Shown in pieces: positions 9,461-20,498 of a stretch of DNA of 64,000 nt (its first letter is position 1; each line of letters begins with the position of its first letter). A program made the translations under genes and the position numbers. Below the pieces are notes generated by a model. It saw only the letters and a list, made by a program, of their open reading frames with translations, was not told the origin of the DNA and searched no databases. The DNA is from an uncultured Christensenella sp. (GTDB lineage Bacteria; Bacillota; Clostridia; Christensenellales; UBA3700): NCBI GenBank assembly GCA_910584635.1, contig CAJUBA010000001.1, positions 108,176 to 172,175 of the forward strand, given 5' to 3'.

Positions 9461-10210
9461 ATGCAAGTTATTACATCGGTAAAAAATCAAAAAATACAGT
9501 TTGTAAAAAAATTACACGACAAGTCTTTTAGAAAAAGCGAAGGTTTGTTTATCGTAGAGGGCGAAAACATGATTAAGGATATGCCTTCCAATGTTTTTGT
9601 CCAAGAAATCTTTGTAATAGACGAAAAACTGGCAGACTATTCTTATATTCTGAAAAGATACGACTCAAAATCCGTAACGGCGGTAGACTTAAAAGTAATG
9701 AAATTATTGAGCGAAACGGTTACTCCTTGCGGAATTTTAGCGGTAGTAAGAAAAAATACAGCAGATAAGAATATAGACGGCAACGTCGTGATATTGGACG
9801 GAATAAGCGACCCCGGCAATTTCGGGACGATAATTAGGACTTGCGCCGCGCTGGGGATTAAAAATATTTTGGCGACTGAGAGCGTAGATTATACTTCGGG
9901 CAAAGTAGTCAGGTCGTCTATGGGCGGAGTATTCAGAACCGATATAATAGAATGTTCTCGCGAAGAAGCGTTGGAGATAGTAAAAGATTATAATCTCTAC
10001 GCGTTGGATATGGGCGGGGAAAACATTTTCGGAGAATTTAAGCCTCAAATGCCTTACGCGTTGACTGTCGGAAGCGAAAGCAAAGGACTGTCGCGGATTT
10101 TCAGAGATAAAGCAAGTATAGTTGCCTTGCCTATGTCGGGAGATATGGAGTCGCTAAACGCCGCGGTAAGTTTGTCCGTCGCGCTATACGCATTCGAGTA
10201 TCGTAAATAA
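9461..10210 (+). CDS. TrmH/SpoU-family RNA 2'-O-methyltransferase (YsgA-like)
   Basis: The C-terminal SPOUT domain carries GNFGTIIRTC, LTVGSESKGLS and ESLNAAVS. The position after rplT matches B. subtilis ysgA. Confidence 0.8.
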   Translation: MQVITSVKNQKIQFVKKLHDKSFRKSEGLFIVEGENMIKDMPSNVFVQEIFVIDEKLADYSYILKRYDSKSVTAVDLKVMKLLSETVTPCGILAVVRKNTADKNIDGNVVILDGISDPGNFGTIIRTCAALGIKNILATESVDYTSGKVVRSSMGGVFRTDIIECSREEALEIVKDYNLYALDMGGENIFGEFKPQMPYALTVGSESKGLSRIFRDKASIVALPMSGDMESLNAAVSLSVALYAFEYRK

Positions 10211-10271
10211 CCCGCTTGACAAAAAGGCTAAATACATTGTATCATATAAAATATATAGGAGGATATTTACT

Positions 10272-10577
10272 ATGGCAGAAGATATCAAAAATCAAGAAGA
10301 AATGACGGAAGACGAGGAAATAATGGTGCTTGTCGACGACAACGGCGAAGAAGTCGAATTCCATCATATTGCAACTTTGGATTATAAAGACGATTGGTAT
10401 ATCTATCTACAGCCCGTTGAATTGGGAGAGATGGACGAAGACGAAATGCTTATATTCAAAATTGAGTCTGACGAGGAGGGCAACGACGTGTTTATGCCCG
10501 TTGAAGACGAGGAACTGTTGCAAAAACTTTACGAAGAGTACCTTAAAGAGTGCGACGCTCAGGAAGGGGAAGAGTAA
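10272..10577 (+). CDS. DUF1292-family small acidic protein
   Basis: VLVDDNGEEVEFHHIATLDYKDDWYIYLQPVE...MLIFKIE...PVEDEEL matches my recollection of the DUF1292 pattern. Strong SD AGGAGG. Confidence 0.6.
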   Translation: MAEDIKNQEEMTEDEEIMVLVDDNGEEVEFHHIATLDYKDDWYIYLQPVELGEMDEDEMLIFKIESDEEGNDVFMPVEDEELLQKLYEEYLKECDAQEGEE

Positions 10578-10783
10578 GAAAGAAAACTATAAAGAATATC
10601 GAAATCGGGTACGGCATTTTGCCGCGCCCGTTTTCAATTTGGCAAAAAGTGTCAAATATAAATAGCGGGAACTTTTTTCGCTCAAAATATAATTTGAGAT
10701 TAAAAAAGCAGAAAATTTTATTGACTTATTTATATTATATATATATAATAAATAATGACTAACATTTTAGGAGGCAACAATAA

Positions 10784-12205
10784 GTGAAAAAGTGGCAGTC
10801 AATCGTGATTTTGACAGTCTTGGCGATTCTTATTGTACTCGGCTCGGTATTCGGATTTGTATCGTTGGATAAAGGTGAGTTGGGTACTAAAAATTACTTC
10901 GCCTATATCACGAACATCAGTCTCGGACTTGACCTCAGCGGAGGAGTCTATGCGGTTTACGGCGTGGACGAATCAAAACTTACTGACGAGCAGAAGGACA
11001 AACTCGACACTTTGATTGAGGGTACAAGAGCAAGTTTGGAATCTTTGCTGTTCAGCAAAGGTTATACGGAGGCTCAGATTACCGTATCGCAAAATAAAAT
11101 CCGTGTAGAAATTCCGGATGAAGACGATCCGGACAGAATATTTAATCTTATCGGACGTCCGTCAAGTTTTGAGTTCAAAGAATACGTTGACGGCGCGGCG
11201 GGCGACCTTTCGCTTAACGATCCGAACGGTAAAGTAAAACTTGACAGCAAGTTTACCGGCAACGACGTTTCCAACGCCGGCGTAACTTACGACGAACAGA
11301 CAGGTTATTGGCAAGTGGCTTTGAGTTTTACGAGCAAAGGCACTGAAAAATTTTCAACGGCGACAAGCGCTTTGACAGGTTCTAAACTTTCTATTTGGAT
11401 AAACGACGAATTCGTTATAGCGCCTAACGTAAACGAAGCGATTTCAACGGGTTCCGCTACTATCAGCGGTAATTATACTTATGACCAAGCGTACGATCTC
11501 GCGGTAAGAATTCAATCCGGTTCTTTCCCGTTGGTACTTAAATTGGAAGAGAGCAATTCGCTTACCGCTACTTTGGGTAGTTCGGCAATTAAAGCGGGAC
11601 TTATCTCCGGTATTGTAGGTTTGGTTCTCATTTGTATTTATTTAATTGCAATGTACAGATTTATGGGTATTGCAGCAAGCCTTTCGCTGTGGTTCTATTC
11701 GTTGACATATTTGTTCTTCCTTTCCATATTCCCGTGGGTACAACTTACGCTTTCGGGTATTGCGGGCGTACTTCTTTCGATAGGTATGGCAGTCGATGCG
11801 AACGTAATTATATTCGAACGTATAAAAGAAGAGTATAGAAACGGAAAAACAATGCGTACGGCGGTTACGACAGGCTTTAAGCGTTCGCTCGGCGCAATAC
11901 TAGACGGAAATATCACGACGATTATAGGCGCGTTGGTATTGATAATCGTAGGCGCGTCCACGATAAAGAGTTTCGGTATCACGCTTTTGATAGGTATCAT
12001 ACTGTCATTGATTTCTTCGCTTGTTCTTATGAGAGTCGTTCTCAGATGCATACTTGTCTTCAATGACGAGAGCAAGGCAAAGAGATTTGCGCTTAAAAGA
12101 GCGGAAGAGGAAGTTGAAGAAGAAATCGACGAAGACCAAGATCAAGATATTTCTTCCGTAGAAAAGAATATGAAAAATATTGATAAGGGAGGAGTCTTAA
12201 GATGA
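10784..12205 (+). CDS. secD: protein translocase subunit SecD
   Basis: GTG start behind AGGAGG. N-terminal TM helix, a large periplasmic-type domain and a C-terminal six-TM block (GIAGVLLSIGMAVDANVIIFERIKEE). Confidence 0.9.
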   Translation: MKKWQSIVILTVLAILIVLGSVFGFVSLDKGELGTKNYFAYITNISLGLDLSGGVYAVYGVDESKLTDEQKDKLDTLIEGTRASLESLLFSKGYTEAQITVSQNKIRVEIPDEDDPDRIFNLIGRPSSFEFKEYVDGAAGDLSLNDPNGKVKLDSKFTGNDVSNAGVTYDEQTGYWQVALSFTSKGTEKFSTATSALTGSKLSIWINDEFVIAPNVNEAISTGSATISGNYTYDQAYDLAVRIQSGSFPLVLKLEESNSLTATLGSSAIKAGLISGIVGLVLICIYLIAMYRFMGIAASLSLWFYSLTYLFFLSIFPWVQLTLSGIAGVLLSIGMAVDANVIIFERIKEEYRNGKTMRTAVTTGFKRSLGAILDGNITTIIGALVLIIVGASTIKSFGITLLIGIILSLISSLVLMRVVLRCILVFNDESKAKRFALKRAEEEVEEEIDEDQDQDISSVEKNMKNIDKGGVLR

Positions 12206-13329
12206 AAATGCCAAAGAAAGCAAGAATAGTTGAAAAGCACGGTATTTGGGCGATTGCTCCCGTATTGATTTTCCTTATTGCGGTAATAGTATTTACTTCG
12301 TTTGCCGTAAAAAACAAAGATATGTCTAAGGGTATGAATATTGGTATCGACTTCGCGGGAGGTTCTATTTTGACGGTTGAACTCGGTTCGGATATACTCA
12401 ACGACAGCGAGAAATACAACGAGCATTACGATCATATCGAAAGTATCTTGACTAGCGAGGATATCGCAAAACAAGTAGTAGATTTCGCAAAAGAAGAGTA
12501 CGGCATAGATATTCCGGTAAGTTCGGCGTTGGCGTCTATAAGTTACGTTCAGACTTCGGGCAACGATACTGATATGTCGTTGATAATAAAGTACGATAAT
12601 ATTTCTTCCGCGTATGATACGAAGATGAACGATATTACCACGCAGAGAAATAAAATTCTCGAAAACCAAATCAGAGATTATTACGAAACCAATTATCCCG
12701 ACAACGGAATTACGGTAAGCACTTCGTATATAGGCGCAACGGCGTCTGCGACGCTTATCAAAACGGCATTGGGCGCGGTTGCGATTACTATGGTACTCAT
12801 TCTCATATATATAATGATAAGATTTGAGATTTGGAGCGGTATAGCCGCAGTAGTAGCGCTTATTCACGACGTTGCAATGATGGTATTCTTGGTTATCATA
12901 TTCAGAATTCAAGTCAACAGCGCGTTTATAGCGGCGTTGATTACGATAGTTTCGTACTCGATAAACAACACTATCGTAGTATTCGACAGAGTAAGAGAAA
13001 ATCAGAAGAAAGAAAAATCTATTGCCAGAAGCACAATGTTGGACAACAATTCCATCGTAAACGAATCTATAATGCAGACTTTGGTAAGATCGATAAACTC
13101 GACTATAACCACTATGGTAGCGATAACGTTGTTTGCAATCATAGGAACCGCGTCGGTAAGAGAATTTGCTTTGCCGGTTATATTCGGTTTGCTTGCAGGT
13201 TTCTATTCTTCGTTGGTAATCGCCCCGTCGTTGTACTGCTTGATGAAAAATACGGCAGACAAGAGAAAAGCGGTAAAAAACAACATTATAAAGAAAGACA
13301 AGCCGAAATACGCAGGCGCGAAAAACTAA
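12202..13329 (+). CDS. secF: protein translocase subunit SecF
   Basis: Overlaps the secD stop by 4 nt. The C-terminal TM block carries ALIHDVAMMVF and VVFDRVREN. Confidence 0.9.
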   Translation: MKMPKKARIVEKHGIWAIAPVLIFLIAVIVFTSFAVKNKDMSKGMNIGIDFAGGSILTVELGSDILNDSEKYNEHYDHIESILTSEDIAKQVVDFAKEEYGIDIPVSSALASISYVQTSGNDTDMSLIIKYDNISSAYDTKMNDITTQRNKILENQIRDYYETNYPDNGITVSTSYIGATASATLIKTALGAVAITMVLILIYIMIRFEIWSGIAAVVALIHDVAMMVFLVIIFRIQVNSAFIAALITIVSYSINNTIVVFDRVRENQKKEKSIARSTMLDNNSIVNESIMQTLVRSINSTITTMVAITLFAIIGTASVREFALPVIFGLLAGFYSSLVIAPSLYCLMKNTADKRKAVKNNIIKKDKPKYAGAKN

Positions 13330-13344
13330 AATTAAATTCAGAAA

Positions 13345-13376
13345 AATCGGGTTGCAATGCGACCCGATTTTTTTAT
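13345..13376 (+). terminator. intrinsic terminator after secF
   Basis: AAATCGGGT ... ACCCGATTT followed by a T-run. Confidence 0.75.
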
Positions 13377-13467
13377 AATAAACTCTTCGAATTAACTTAA
13401 AAATAATTGAGAATACCTATAAAAATATTGTATAATTATTATAGGTCAATACGTTTAACGGAAGTAT

Positions 13468-15756
13468 ATGGATAAAGATAAAATAGAAAATTTGGCGAAG
13501 GATTTTGCCGTAGATAAAAAACTTATTGAAATTCTGATTGACAGAGGTTATGACAGCGCAGAGAAACTCCGCGATTTTCTTTATCCTACGTTGGATAATC
13601 TTTCAAGCGTAGAAAATTATGTTGGATATAACGAAGTAATAGATAGAATTAAGTTTGCTATCGATAACGGCGAAAGCGTGTTGATTTACGGGGATTACGA
13701 TTGCGACGGCGTTTGCGGAACGTCGATTTTATACAATTATTTTAAGTCTAAAGGCGTAAACGTAAACTGTTTTTTGCCAAATAGGCACACCGACGGTTAC
13801 GGGCTTTCTATAGAAACGTTGGAGAAACTTGCGGAAGAGTATCTAAGCGATTTGCTTATTACCGTCGATTGCGGTATAACAAGCGTCGAAGAAGTGGAAT
13901 ACGCGCGCGAAACGCTTGGTTTTGACGTTATTGTTACCGACCATCACGAGCCGGGAGAAGTTTTGCCCGACTGTCTTATTTTTAATCCCAAACTTTCGGA
14001 CTGTAATTCTTTTACTCAGTTGTGCGGAGCAGGAGTCGCTTTAAGAATTGTAGAAGGACTAGGCGGAAGTAGCGAGATGGAAAAATATCTTGATATTGCG
14101 GCTATTGCAACGGTAGCGGACGTAGTTCCGCTTGTAGGCGATAATAGAATTATTACTTACTCGGGATTGAAAGCGATAAACTCTTATAATGCGCGCAGAG
14201 GAATAAAAATGCTTGCGCAAAGTTGCGTGGCGGGTGAGATAACAGCGTTTGATATAGCGTTTAAGTTGGCTCCGAGAATAAATTCCGTCGGTAGATTGAG
14301 CGATGCAAACGGAGTATTGGATTTATTTTGCACTGACGATAATTTTTTGCTTACTAACGTTGTTAACGAACTTAACGAAAGCAATGCTAAAAGAATGGAA
14401 TTAACGAACGATTTGACAGACTATTGCTATCAAATGCTTAAAAATTTTGATTTTGAAGAAAATGCCGTAATAGTGTTAAACAATGCTTATTGGGACGATG
14501 GAATTATAGGAATCGTCGCGGCAAGAATTGCCGAAAGATTCCATAGACCGACTATTCTTATAACAAAAAGCGGAGAAGTATTCAAAGGTAGCGGAAGAAG
14601 CATTAAAGGTTTGAATATATATAAATATGTATCTATGTGTTCTGATATGCTGACGAAATTCGGCGGACACGCAATGGCGTGCGGTATATCTATCAAAGAA
14701 GAAAATATAGTATTGTTTGCCAAAAAACTCAACGAGTTGATAAAAGCAGATTTTGATATGTCCTATTTTTCTAAAAAGATAAAATACGATATCGATATGG
14801 CGGACGTAGACAGCGCAATAGATATGGCAAGAGGCTTGAAAATGTTGGAGCCTTGCGGAGAAGGTAATCCCGGTATTAGATTCAAAGAAAGCGTAAAAAG
14901 CAAAGATTTCGGACAGATGGGCGATACTCAACATATAGTTTGTCGCGAAAGAGATAAGGAAACGGTAATATTCGGTGGACTTAAATACAAAGAATTTTTG
15001 TCCCAAAAAGTACAAAAAGATTTGTACTTTACGCTGTCTTTGCAGACATATAAAAACAGGGTATATGCGCAAGCGAAAGTTAACGCGATAGAATGCGGTA
15101 ACGTCGACTCGCAAGGGGACTATTCTTCTTATCTTATGACAGGCTTTTTCAAGGGGCGTGATAGTGGTGTGGAGATAAGCGTAGAGGAGGCGATTGCGCT
15201 TGGAAACACGTTGTATTCAACTTGCTATATCGCGTACGATATCGACACATACAACGAATTTATCAAAATATATAATCAAAAAATCGGCAATATAACGACT
15301 CAAAACAGATGCTCTACAGATTGCGCTCCGACGACGAAAATAATTTTCGCTCCGGTATCGCTCAAAGATTTGGGTTACTATAAGAATATAGTACTGTTGG
15401 ATAAGCCGTTGGGAATCGAAGTTTTCAACCGATTAAACGGCAAAGGTAAAGACGTATATTATATTCAAAACGTCAATATTTTGACTAAGTTAAAAAAATA
15501 CCTGCCGGATTATAAAGAATTGGCGTCTATATTTATTCAAATCAAAGAAACTCTTAGCGGGAGAAACTATGCGGGAATATCGGATTTATATTATGCTATT
15601 GCAAAAAAATCCGAATTGGAGTATAATAAATTTGTACTTTCGGCTGTTGTGCTTGCCGATTTGGGAATATTGAAGATGTCGGATAAACTGTACATAGACT
15701 CCGCCGTCAAGACTAAATTGAGCGAAAGCAAAATTTATAAGTTAATCGAGGGTTGA
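13468..15756 (+). CDS. recJ: single-stranded-DNA-specific exonuclease RecJ
   Basis: DHH-family motifs are present (YGDYDCDG, DCGITS, VTDHHEPG, GGHAMACG). Confidence 0.9.
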   Translation: MDKDKIENLAKDFAVDKKLIEILIDRGYDSAEKLRDFLYPTLDNLSSVENYVGYNEVIDRIKFAIDNGESVLIYGDYDCDGVCGTSILYNYFKSKGVNVNCFLPNRHTDGYGLSIETLEKLAEEYLSDLLITVDCGITSVEEVEYARETLGFDVIVTDHHEPGEVLPDCLIFNPKLSDCNSFTQLCGAGVALRIVEGLGGSSEMEKYLDIAAIATVADVVPLVGDNRIITYSGLKAINSYNARRGIKMLAQSCVAGEITAFDIAFKLAPRINSVGRLSDANGVLDLFCTDDNFLLTNVVNELNESNAKRMELTNDLTDYCYQMLKNFDFEENAVIVLNNAYWDDGIIGIVAARIAERFHRPTILITKSGEVFKGSGRSIKGLNIYKYVSMCSDMLTKFGGHAMACGISIKEENIVLFAKKLNELIKADFDMSYFSKKIKYDIDMADVDSAIDMARGLKMLEPCGEGNPGIRFKESVKSKDFGQMGDTQHIVCRERDKETVIFGGLKYKEFLSQKVQKDLYFTLSLQTYKNRVYAQAKVNAIECGNVDSQGDYSSYLMTGFFKGRDSGVEISVEEAIALGNTLYSTCYIAYDIDTYNEFIKIYNQKIGNITTQNRCSTDCAPTTKIIFAPVSLKDLGYYKNIVLLDKPLGIEVFNRLNGKGKDVYYIQNVNILTKLKKYLPDYKELASIFIQIKETLSGRNYAGISDLYYAIAKKSELEYNKFVLSAVVLADLGILKMSDKLYIDSAVKTKLSESKIYKLIEG

Positions 15757-15757
15757 A

Positions 15758-17935
15758 GTGGAAGAGCAGAAAATCAAATTTATAAATAAGATACAGGAAA
15801 ATTACAGTGAAGCGCACGCGGAAAAAATACTGAAAGCGTATTATTTCGCAAAGACTGCGCACGCCGGACAGAAAAGACAGTCGGGCGAAGATTATTTTAT
15901 TCATCCCAACGCGGTTGCGGACATTCTGATAGATTTGGGACTTGATTGCGATACCGTAGTTGCGGCGCTTCTGCACGACGTAATAGAGGATACGGACGTG
16001 AGCGCAGAGGAGATTAGGCAGACTTTCGGTCCGATAGCGCTCTCATTGGTTCAAGGCGTAACAAAACTGGGAAAACTCAATTTTAAGTCAAAACTCGAAG
16101 AGCAGGCTGAAAATCTACGTCGTATGTTCATGGCGATGAGCAACGATATTCGCGTTATCATTATCAAACTTGCCGACAGACTGCACAATATGCGAACTCT
16201 TTCGTTTAAGGACGAAGAAGGACAAAAACGAGTAGCAAGAGAAACTCTCGATATATACGCGCCGATTGCCGCCCGTTTGGGTATTTCAAGCGTTAAGGGC
16301 GAACTCGAAGATTTATGTCTTAGATACCTTTATCCCGACAGTTATTATTATATCGCCGAAAAAGTCGCTCAGACAAAAATGGAACGTCAAGAAATCGTCA
16401 ATCACATTTCAAAAGAACTTCACGAAATGCTTGATGAACTGGGTATAAAAGGCGAAGTAAACGGCAGACCTAAACATTTTTATAGCATATATAGAAAACT
16501 GCAAAAGGGCAAACCGTTTGAGCAGATTTACGATTTGATAGCGTTGAGAGTCATAGTTGACAACGTAAAAGACTGTTATGCAGTATTGGGTTCGATACAT
16601 ACAAAGTGGAAACCTTTGCCGGGTAGATTCAAAGATTATATATCCGTGCCTAAGGCGAATTTGTATCAATCATTGCACACCACGGTTCTTACGTCGTACG
16701 GAGCGCCGTTCGAAATTCAAATACGTACTCACGAGATGCACAAGGTAGCCGAATACGGTATCGCGGCGCATTGGAAATATAAACAGGGCAACAACGTAGA
16801 TTCGTCAAAAATCGACGATAATAAACTCGCTTGGATTCGCAATGTAATGCAACTTCAAGAAGAGGCGAGCAATTCGCAGGAATATCTCGATATGCTTAAA
16901 GTAGATCTTTATTCCGACCAAGTATTTGTCTTTACTCCCAAAGGCGACGTTTTTAACTTGCCCAACGGGTCAACAGGCGTAGATTTTGCTTACGCCATAC
17001 ACAGTAAAGTAGGAGAGAAATGCTCGGGAATTAAAGTTAATTCGAGAATTATGCCCGTTAGCACAAAGTTAAATAACGGCGACGTAGTCGAAGTAATAAC
17101 GACAAATTCCAAAGGGCCTTCCCGCGATTGGCTTAAATTTGTCATAACGCCGGGAGCGAAAAGTAAAATACGTTCTTTCTTTAAGAAAGAAATGCGAGAG
17201 GAAAACGAAAAGCGCGGCAGAGAAATTCTTGAAAAAGAAGCCAAGCATAGAGGATATATACTCAACGACCTTTTAGCGACGGAAAGTTGGAGTAAATTTA
17301 TCAGGCAAAAATACGGACTCAACACGTCCGAAGAAGTGCTTGCAATGGTTGGTTACGGAGAATTAACCTCTTTGCAGGTAATAAATAAGTTGGTCGAACT
17401 GTATAAGGCGGAAAATATCCGCGAATCGCAGACGATAGACAGCCTTACAAAAAAGCCGACTGCGAGAAAACAGCAAGGCGGAGTTATTATCAAAGGGGAA
17501 CATGGCTTGAAATATAGATTCTCGCAGTGTTGTTCGCCTTTGCCCGGCGATGAAATATTGGGATATATTTCGCGTAACGGCGGCGTGGTAATTCATAGAG
17601 TCGACTGCCCGAATTGCAAAGGATTTGAAGAGGAGCGGATAATAGAAGCGGAATGGCCCGCGACGGAAGGCGAAAAGTTTATCGCGCATTTGGTAATATC
17701 GGCGTTTGACAGAACTGGACTTGTAATCGAAGTCGCTACGCTGATTACCAATATGAAAGTGGCGATGACTAGTATATCCGCTAAATCGGAAAAAAATAAC
17801 ATGGCTACGATAAAAGTATCGGTTGAAGTTACGAACACTAATATGCTGGAAATACTGATGAACAAAATTACGCAGTCTATAAAAGGCATAAGAGAAATAA
17901 AGAGAGCGTCAAAGAGTATAAAGAGTAAAGAATGA
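15758..17935 (+). CDS. relA: bifunctional (p)ppGpp synthetase/hydrolase RelA/SpoT homologue
   Basis: HD hydrolase domain (HPNAVADIL, LLHDVIEDT), a synthetase domain (YRSLHTTV-like QSLHTTV, EIQIRTHEMH), then TGS and ACT regions. GTG start 1 nt after the recJ stop. Confidence 0.95.
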   Translation: MEEQKIKFINKIQENYSEAHAEKILKAYYFAKTAHAGQKRQSGEDYFIHPNAVADILIDLGLDCDTVVAALLHDVIEDTDVSAEEIRQTFGPIALSLVQGVTKLGKLNFKSKLEEQAENLRRMFMAMSNDIRVIIIKLADRLHNMRTLSFKDEEGQKRVARETLDIYAPIAARLGISSVKGELEDLCLRYLYPDSYYYIAEKVAQTKMERQEIVNHISKELHEMLDELGIKGEVNGRPKHFYSIYRKLQKGKPFEQIYDLIALRVIVDNVKDCYAVLGSIHTKWKPLPGRFKDYISVPKANLYQSLHTTVLTSYGAPFEIQIRTHEMHKVAEYGIAAHWKYKQGNNVDSSKIDDNKLAWIRNVMQLQEEASNSQEYLDMLKVDLYSDQVFVFTPKGDVFNLPNGSTGVDFAYAIHSKVGEKCSGIKVNSRIMPVSTKLNNGDVVEVITTNSKGPSRDWLKFVITPGAKSKIRSFFKKEMREENEKRGREILEKEAKHRGYILNDLLATESWSKFIRQKYGLNTSEEVLAMVGYGELTSLQVINKLVELYKAENIRESQTIDSLTKKPTARKQQGGVIIKGEHGLKYRFSQCCSPLPGDEILGYISRNGGVVIHRVDCPNCKGFEEERIIEAEWPATEGEKFIAHLVISAFDRTGLVIEVATLITNMKVAMTSISAKSEKNNMATIKVSVEVTNTNMLEILMNKITQSIKGIREIKRASKSIKSKE

Positions 17936-18369
17936 GAGCGATAGTACAAAGAGTTAATTATGCAAAACTGACCGTAGAAGATGAACCTATATCGCAAATA
18001 GGCGAGGGGTATTTGGTTTTGGTAGGCTACAACAACGAAGACACGGAAGATACTTGCCGTTATATCGTCGACAGAATCATAGGCATGAGAATTTTCAAAG
18101 ACGAAAACAATAAACTCAATAAAACGCTTGCAGATATAGGCGGAGAAGTGATGGTCGTATCCAATTTTACGCTGTACGGCAACGCATTTAGCGGAAGACG
18201 TCCGGATTTTTCAAAATCTGCGAAATTCGATATTGCAAAACCTCTTTATGATTATACCGTTGGAGAGTTTAAGCGAAGATTAGGCAATATAGCGACGGGA
18301 GTTTTCGGCGCGCACATGCACATTGAAATGTCCAACGACGGACCTATAACTATGGTTTTGGAAAAATAG
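17932..18369 (+). CDS. dtd: D-aminoacyl-tRNA deacylase
   Basis: MRAIVQRV...SNFTLYG...GRRPDF...NDGPITM. ATGA overlap with relA. Confidence 0.93.
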   Translation: MRAIVQRVNYAKLTVEDEPISQIGEGYLVLVGYNNEDTEDTCRYIVDRIIGMRIFKDENNKLNKTLADIGGEVMVVSNFTLYGNAFSGRRPDFSKSAKFDIAKPLYDYTVGEFKRRLGNIATGVFGAHMHIEMSNDGPITMVLEK

Positions 18370-18406
18370 CAAACGCAAATATTTGATGGATTAAAAGGAT
18401 TTGGAA

Positions 18407-19018
18407 ATGGAAATTAAGACTTTTGTTTTAGGACTTTTGAATAATAATACTTATTTGGCAACAAATCGTGAGAATAATACTTGTTTATTGATAGATCCGT
18501 CTACGCCCAGTAAAGACGTGGCAAATTATATCGAAAGCAATTCTTTGAATTTGCAAGCAATATTACTTACGCACGGACATTTCGATCATATAGGAGGAGT
18601 TTGTTTTTTCAAAGAAAAGTTTAACTGTAAAGTTTATATGCACGCCGACGACGTGGATTTTATAGATAATCCTCTTAAAATAAGCCGAAGATACGATAAA
18701 TTCGAAGTTGACATATTGGTAAAAGACGGGGACGTTTTGGATTTGTGCGGAGAAAAAATAAAAGTTGCGCATACCCCGGGACATTCTCTCGGCGGCGTTT
18801 GCTACGTATTGGATAACGTGATTTTTTGCGGAGATACGATATTCAAAGGGAGTTACGGCAGAACTGACCTTCGGGGAGGAGATTTCGGGGAACTTTATAA
18901 ATCCGTAAAAAAAATTTTGGATATGCAGGGCGATTATATTTTGCTTAGCGGACACGGCGCGCCTACTACAAGCGAATTTGAAAGAGAAAATAACCCTATT
19001 TTAGGGGATAAGTATTGA
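18407..19018 (+). CDS. MBL-fold metallo-hydrolase (glyoxalase II-like)
   Basis: LLTHGHFDHIGG (the HxHxDH motif), HTPGHS and GHG. The ATG at 18407 behind AAAAGGA is preferred over the TTG at 18401. Confidence 0.85.
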   Translation: MEIKTFVLGLLNNNTYLATNRENNTCLLIDPSTPSKDVANYIESNSLNLQAILLTHGHFDHIGGVCFFKEKFNCKVYMHADDVDFIDNPLKISRRYDKFEVDILVKDGDVLDLCGEKIKVAHTPGHSLGGVCYVLDNVIFCGDTIFKGSYGRTDLRGGDFGELYKSVKKILDMQGDYILLSGHGAPTTSEFERENNPILGDKY

Positions 19019-19022
19019 AATT

Positions 19023-20498
19023 ATGATAGAAGTAAATTTTTATACAAACGCGCAAGAATTTGAAAATGAATATTTAGATATAGTCCGCGCTTTTTATCCT
19101 CACGTAAAGATAGATGAAAGCGCAGATACGCTAGAACTTAATTTGGAAAAATCAAGCGAGTATGAGTTTCACGCAAAGATATCGTTCAAAGACAAAGCGA
19201 AAGAGTACAGATATTTGCTGGAAAAAGAGTTTTTGGAAGAAAACGATTGCGATTGCAGGCAGATAAAATATAAAGCGCAGGTCAAAAGGCACAGCAAAGC
19301 CGCGCTTTATAAGTTTTTATCTGAAATCACCGGAGAAAAATTGCCGTACGGTTCGCTTACCGGTATTCGTCCTACAAAATTATTTCACGAAACAGTAGAA
19401 AAGGGAATAGACGCGGAAAAATATTTTCTCGAAGTATTGGACGTTTCAAGGCAAAAAGTTTCGCTTATCAAAAATATCGTTGAAAATCAAAAGATTTATT
19501 ACAAAGTCGCCGAGAACGAAGTCGATATTTTCGTAAATATACCAATTTGCGTATCTAGGTGCGTATATTGCTCGTTTATTTCCGCTCAACTCGATAAGAT
19601 AAAAAAATTTGTTTCTCCCTATTGCGATTTGTTGGTAAAAGAAATTCAGGGTTCGCAAGAAATCGTAAAAGAAAACAATTTGAAAGTGCGGAGCGTTTAT
19701 ATAGGAGGAGGTACTCCGACATCGCTTGACAATGAAAATTTCCAAAGAGTGATTCGCGCTTGCTCTGCGTTCGACGTTAAAGAATTTACCGTAGAAGCGG
19801 GTAGACCCGATACAATCACAAGAGAAAAATTGGATATTATGAGCAAGTATGGCGTAACCCGTATTTCAATAAATCCCCAGACGTTTAATCAAAGGACTTT
19901 GGACGCGATAGGCAGGAGTCATAGCGTGGAAGAAATTTACTCGGTATTCAAAATGGCAAGAGATTACGACTTTGATATAAATATGGATTTAATTGCCATG
20001 CTTCCAGGGGAGAACGTGGACGATTTCAAATATTCTGTCGATTGCGCTATTTCTCTTCAACCCGAAAATATTACGGTACATACGCTTGCGATTAAAAAAG
20101 GTTCCGCTTTGAAAATCGACGGATATGAAAACGGAGAATGGGAAAAGGCTGTCGCCATGGTTGATTACGCTTATGAAAGCGTTAAGAGCGCGGGATACGA
20201 GCCGTATTATATGTATAAGCAAAAATATATGTCTGGAAATCTTGAAAACGTAGGCTATTGCAAAAAAGGCAAGGCCTGTGTCTATAACATTGATATTATG
20301 GAAGAAATATCTAGTATCATCGCCAATGGAGCAGGCGGAATTTCAAAACGTATTTTTGATAAAAACAGGTTGGAGCGTCTTGCCGATCCAAAGGGGATTG
20401 ACGTGTATATTCAAAGGGATAAGGCGCTTATTGACGTCAAGAAAAAGTTTTTTGAACAGTGTTCAAAACTTGAAATTAAAAGGTTTGCGCTCAAATAA
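19023..20498 (+). CDS. HemZ-like radical SAM protein (oxygen-independent coproporphyrinogen oxidase family)
   Basis: CVSRCVYCSF radical SAM cluster motif and a HemN-like body (YIGGGTPTSL). Its position after relA-dtd-MBL is common in Clostridia. Confidence 0.65.
   Translation: MIEVNFYTNAQEFENEYLDIVRAFYPHVKIDESADTLELNLEKSSEYEFHAKISFKDKAKEYRYLLEKEFLEENDCDCRQIKYKAQVKRHSKAALYKFLSEITGEKLPYGSLTGIRPTKLFHETVEKGIDAEKYFLEVLDVSRQKVSLIKNIVENQKIYYKVAENEVDIFVNIPICVSRCVYCSFISAQLDKIKKFVSPYCDLLVKEIQGSQEIVKENNLKVRSVYIGGGTPTSLDNENFQRVIRACSAFDVKEFTVEAGRPDTITREKLDIMSKYGVTRISINPQTFNQRTLDAIGRSHSVEEIYSVFKMARDYDFDINMDLIAMLPGENVDDFKYSVDCAISLQPENITVHTLAIKKGSALKIDGYENGEWEKAVAMVDYAYESVKSAGYEPYYMYKQKYMSGNLENVGYCKKGKACVYNIDIMEEISSIIANGAGGISKRIFDKNRLERLADPKGIDVYIQRDKALIDVKKKFFEQCSKLEIKRFALK

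Noticed and set aside
10680-10783. An AT-rich, TA-repetitive spacer upstream of secD (TATATTATATATATATAATAAATAAT) and similar tracts at 34420-34480. I checked them for CRISPR or tandem-repeat structure.
   Set aside because: This is low-complexity AT sequence without regularly spaced repeats or unique spacers, and is more likely promoter/UP-element DNA.
12831-13400. Alternative-frame plus-strand ORFs inside secF (189 aa), inside the oadB-like gene (47203-47718, 171 aa) and inside the DUF1700 gene (871-1116).
   Set aside because: They are Arg/Tyr/Ser-rich out-of-frame translations of TM-helix coding regions. They have no SD or motifs and are fully contained in better-supported genes.
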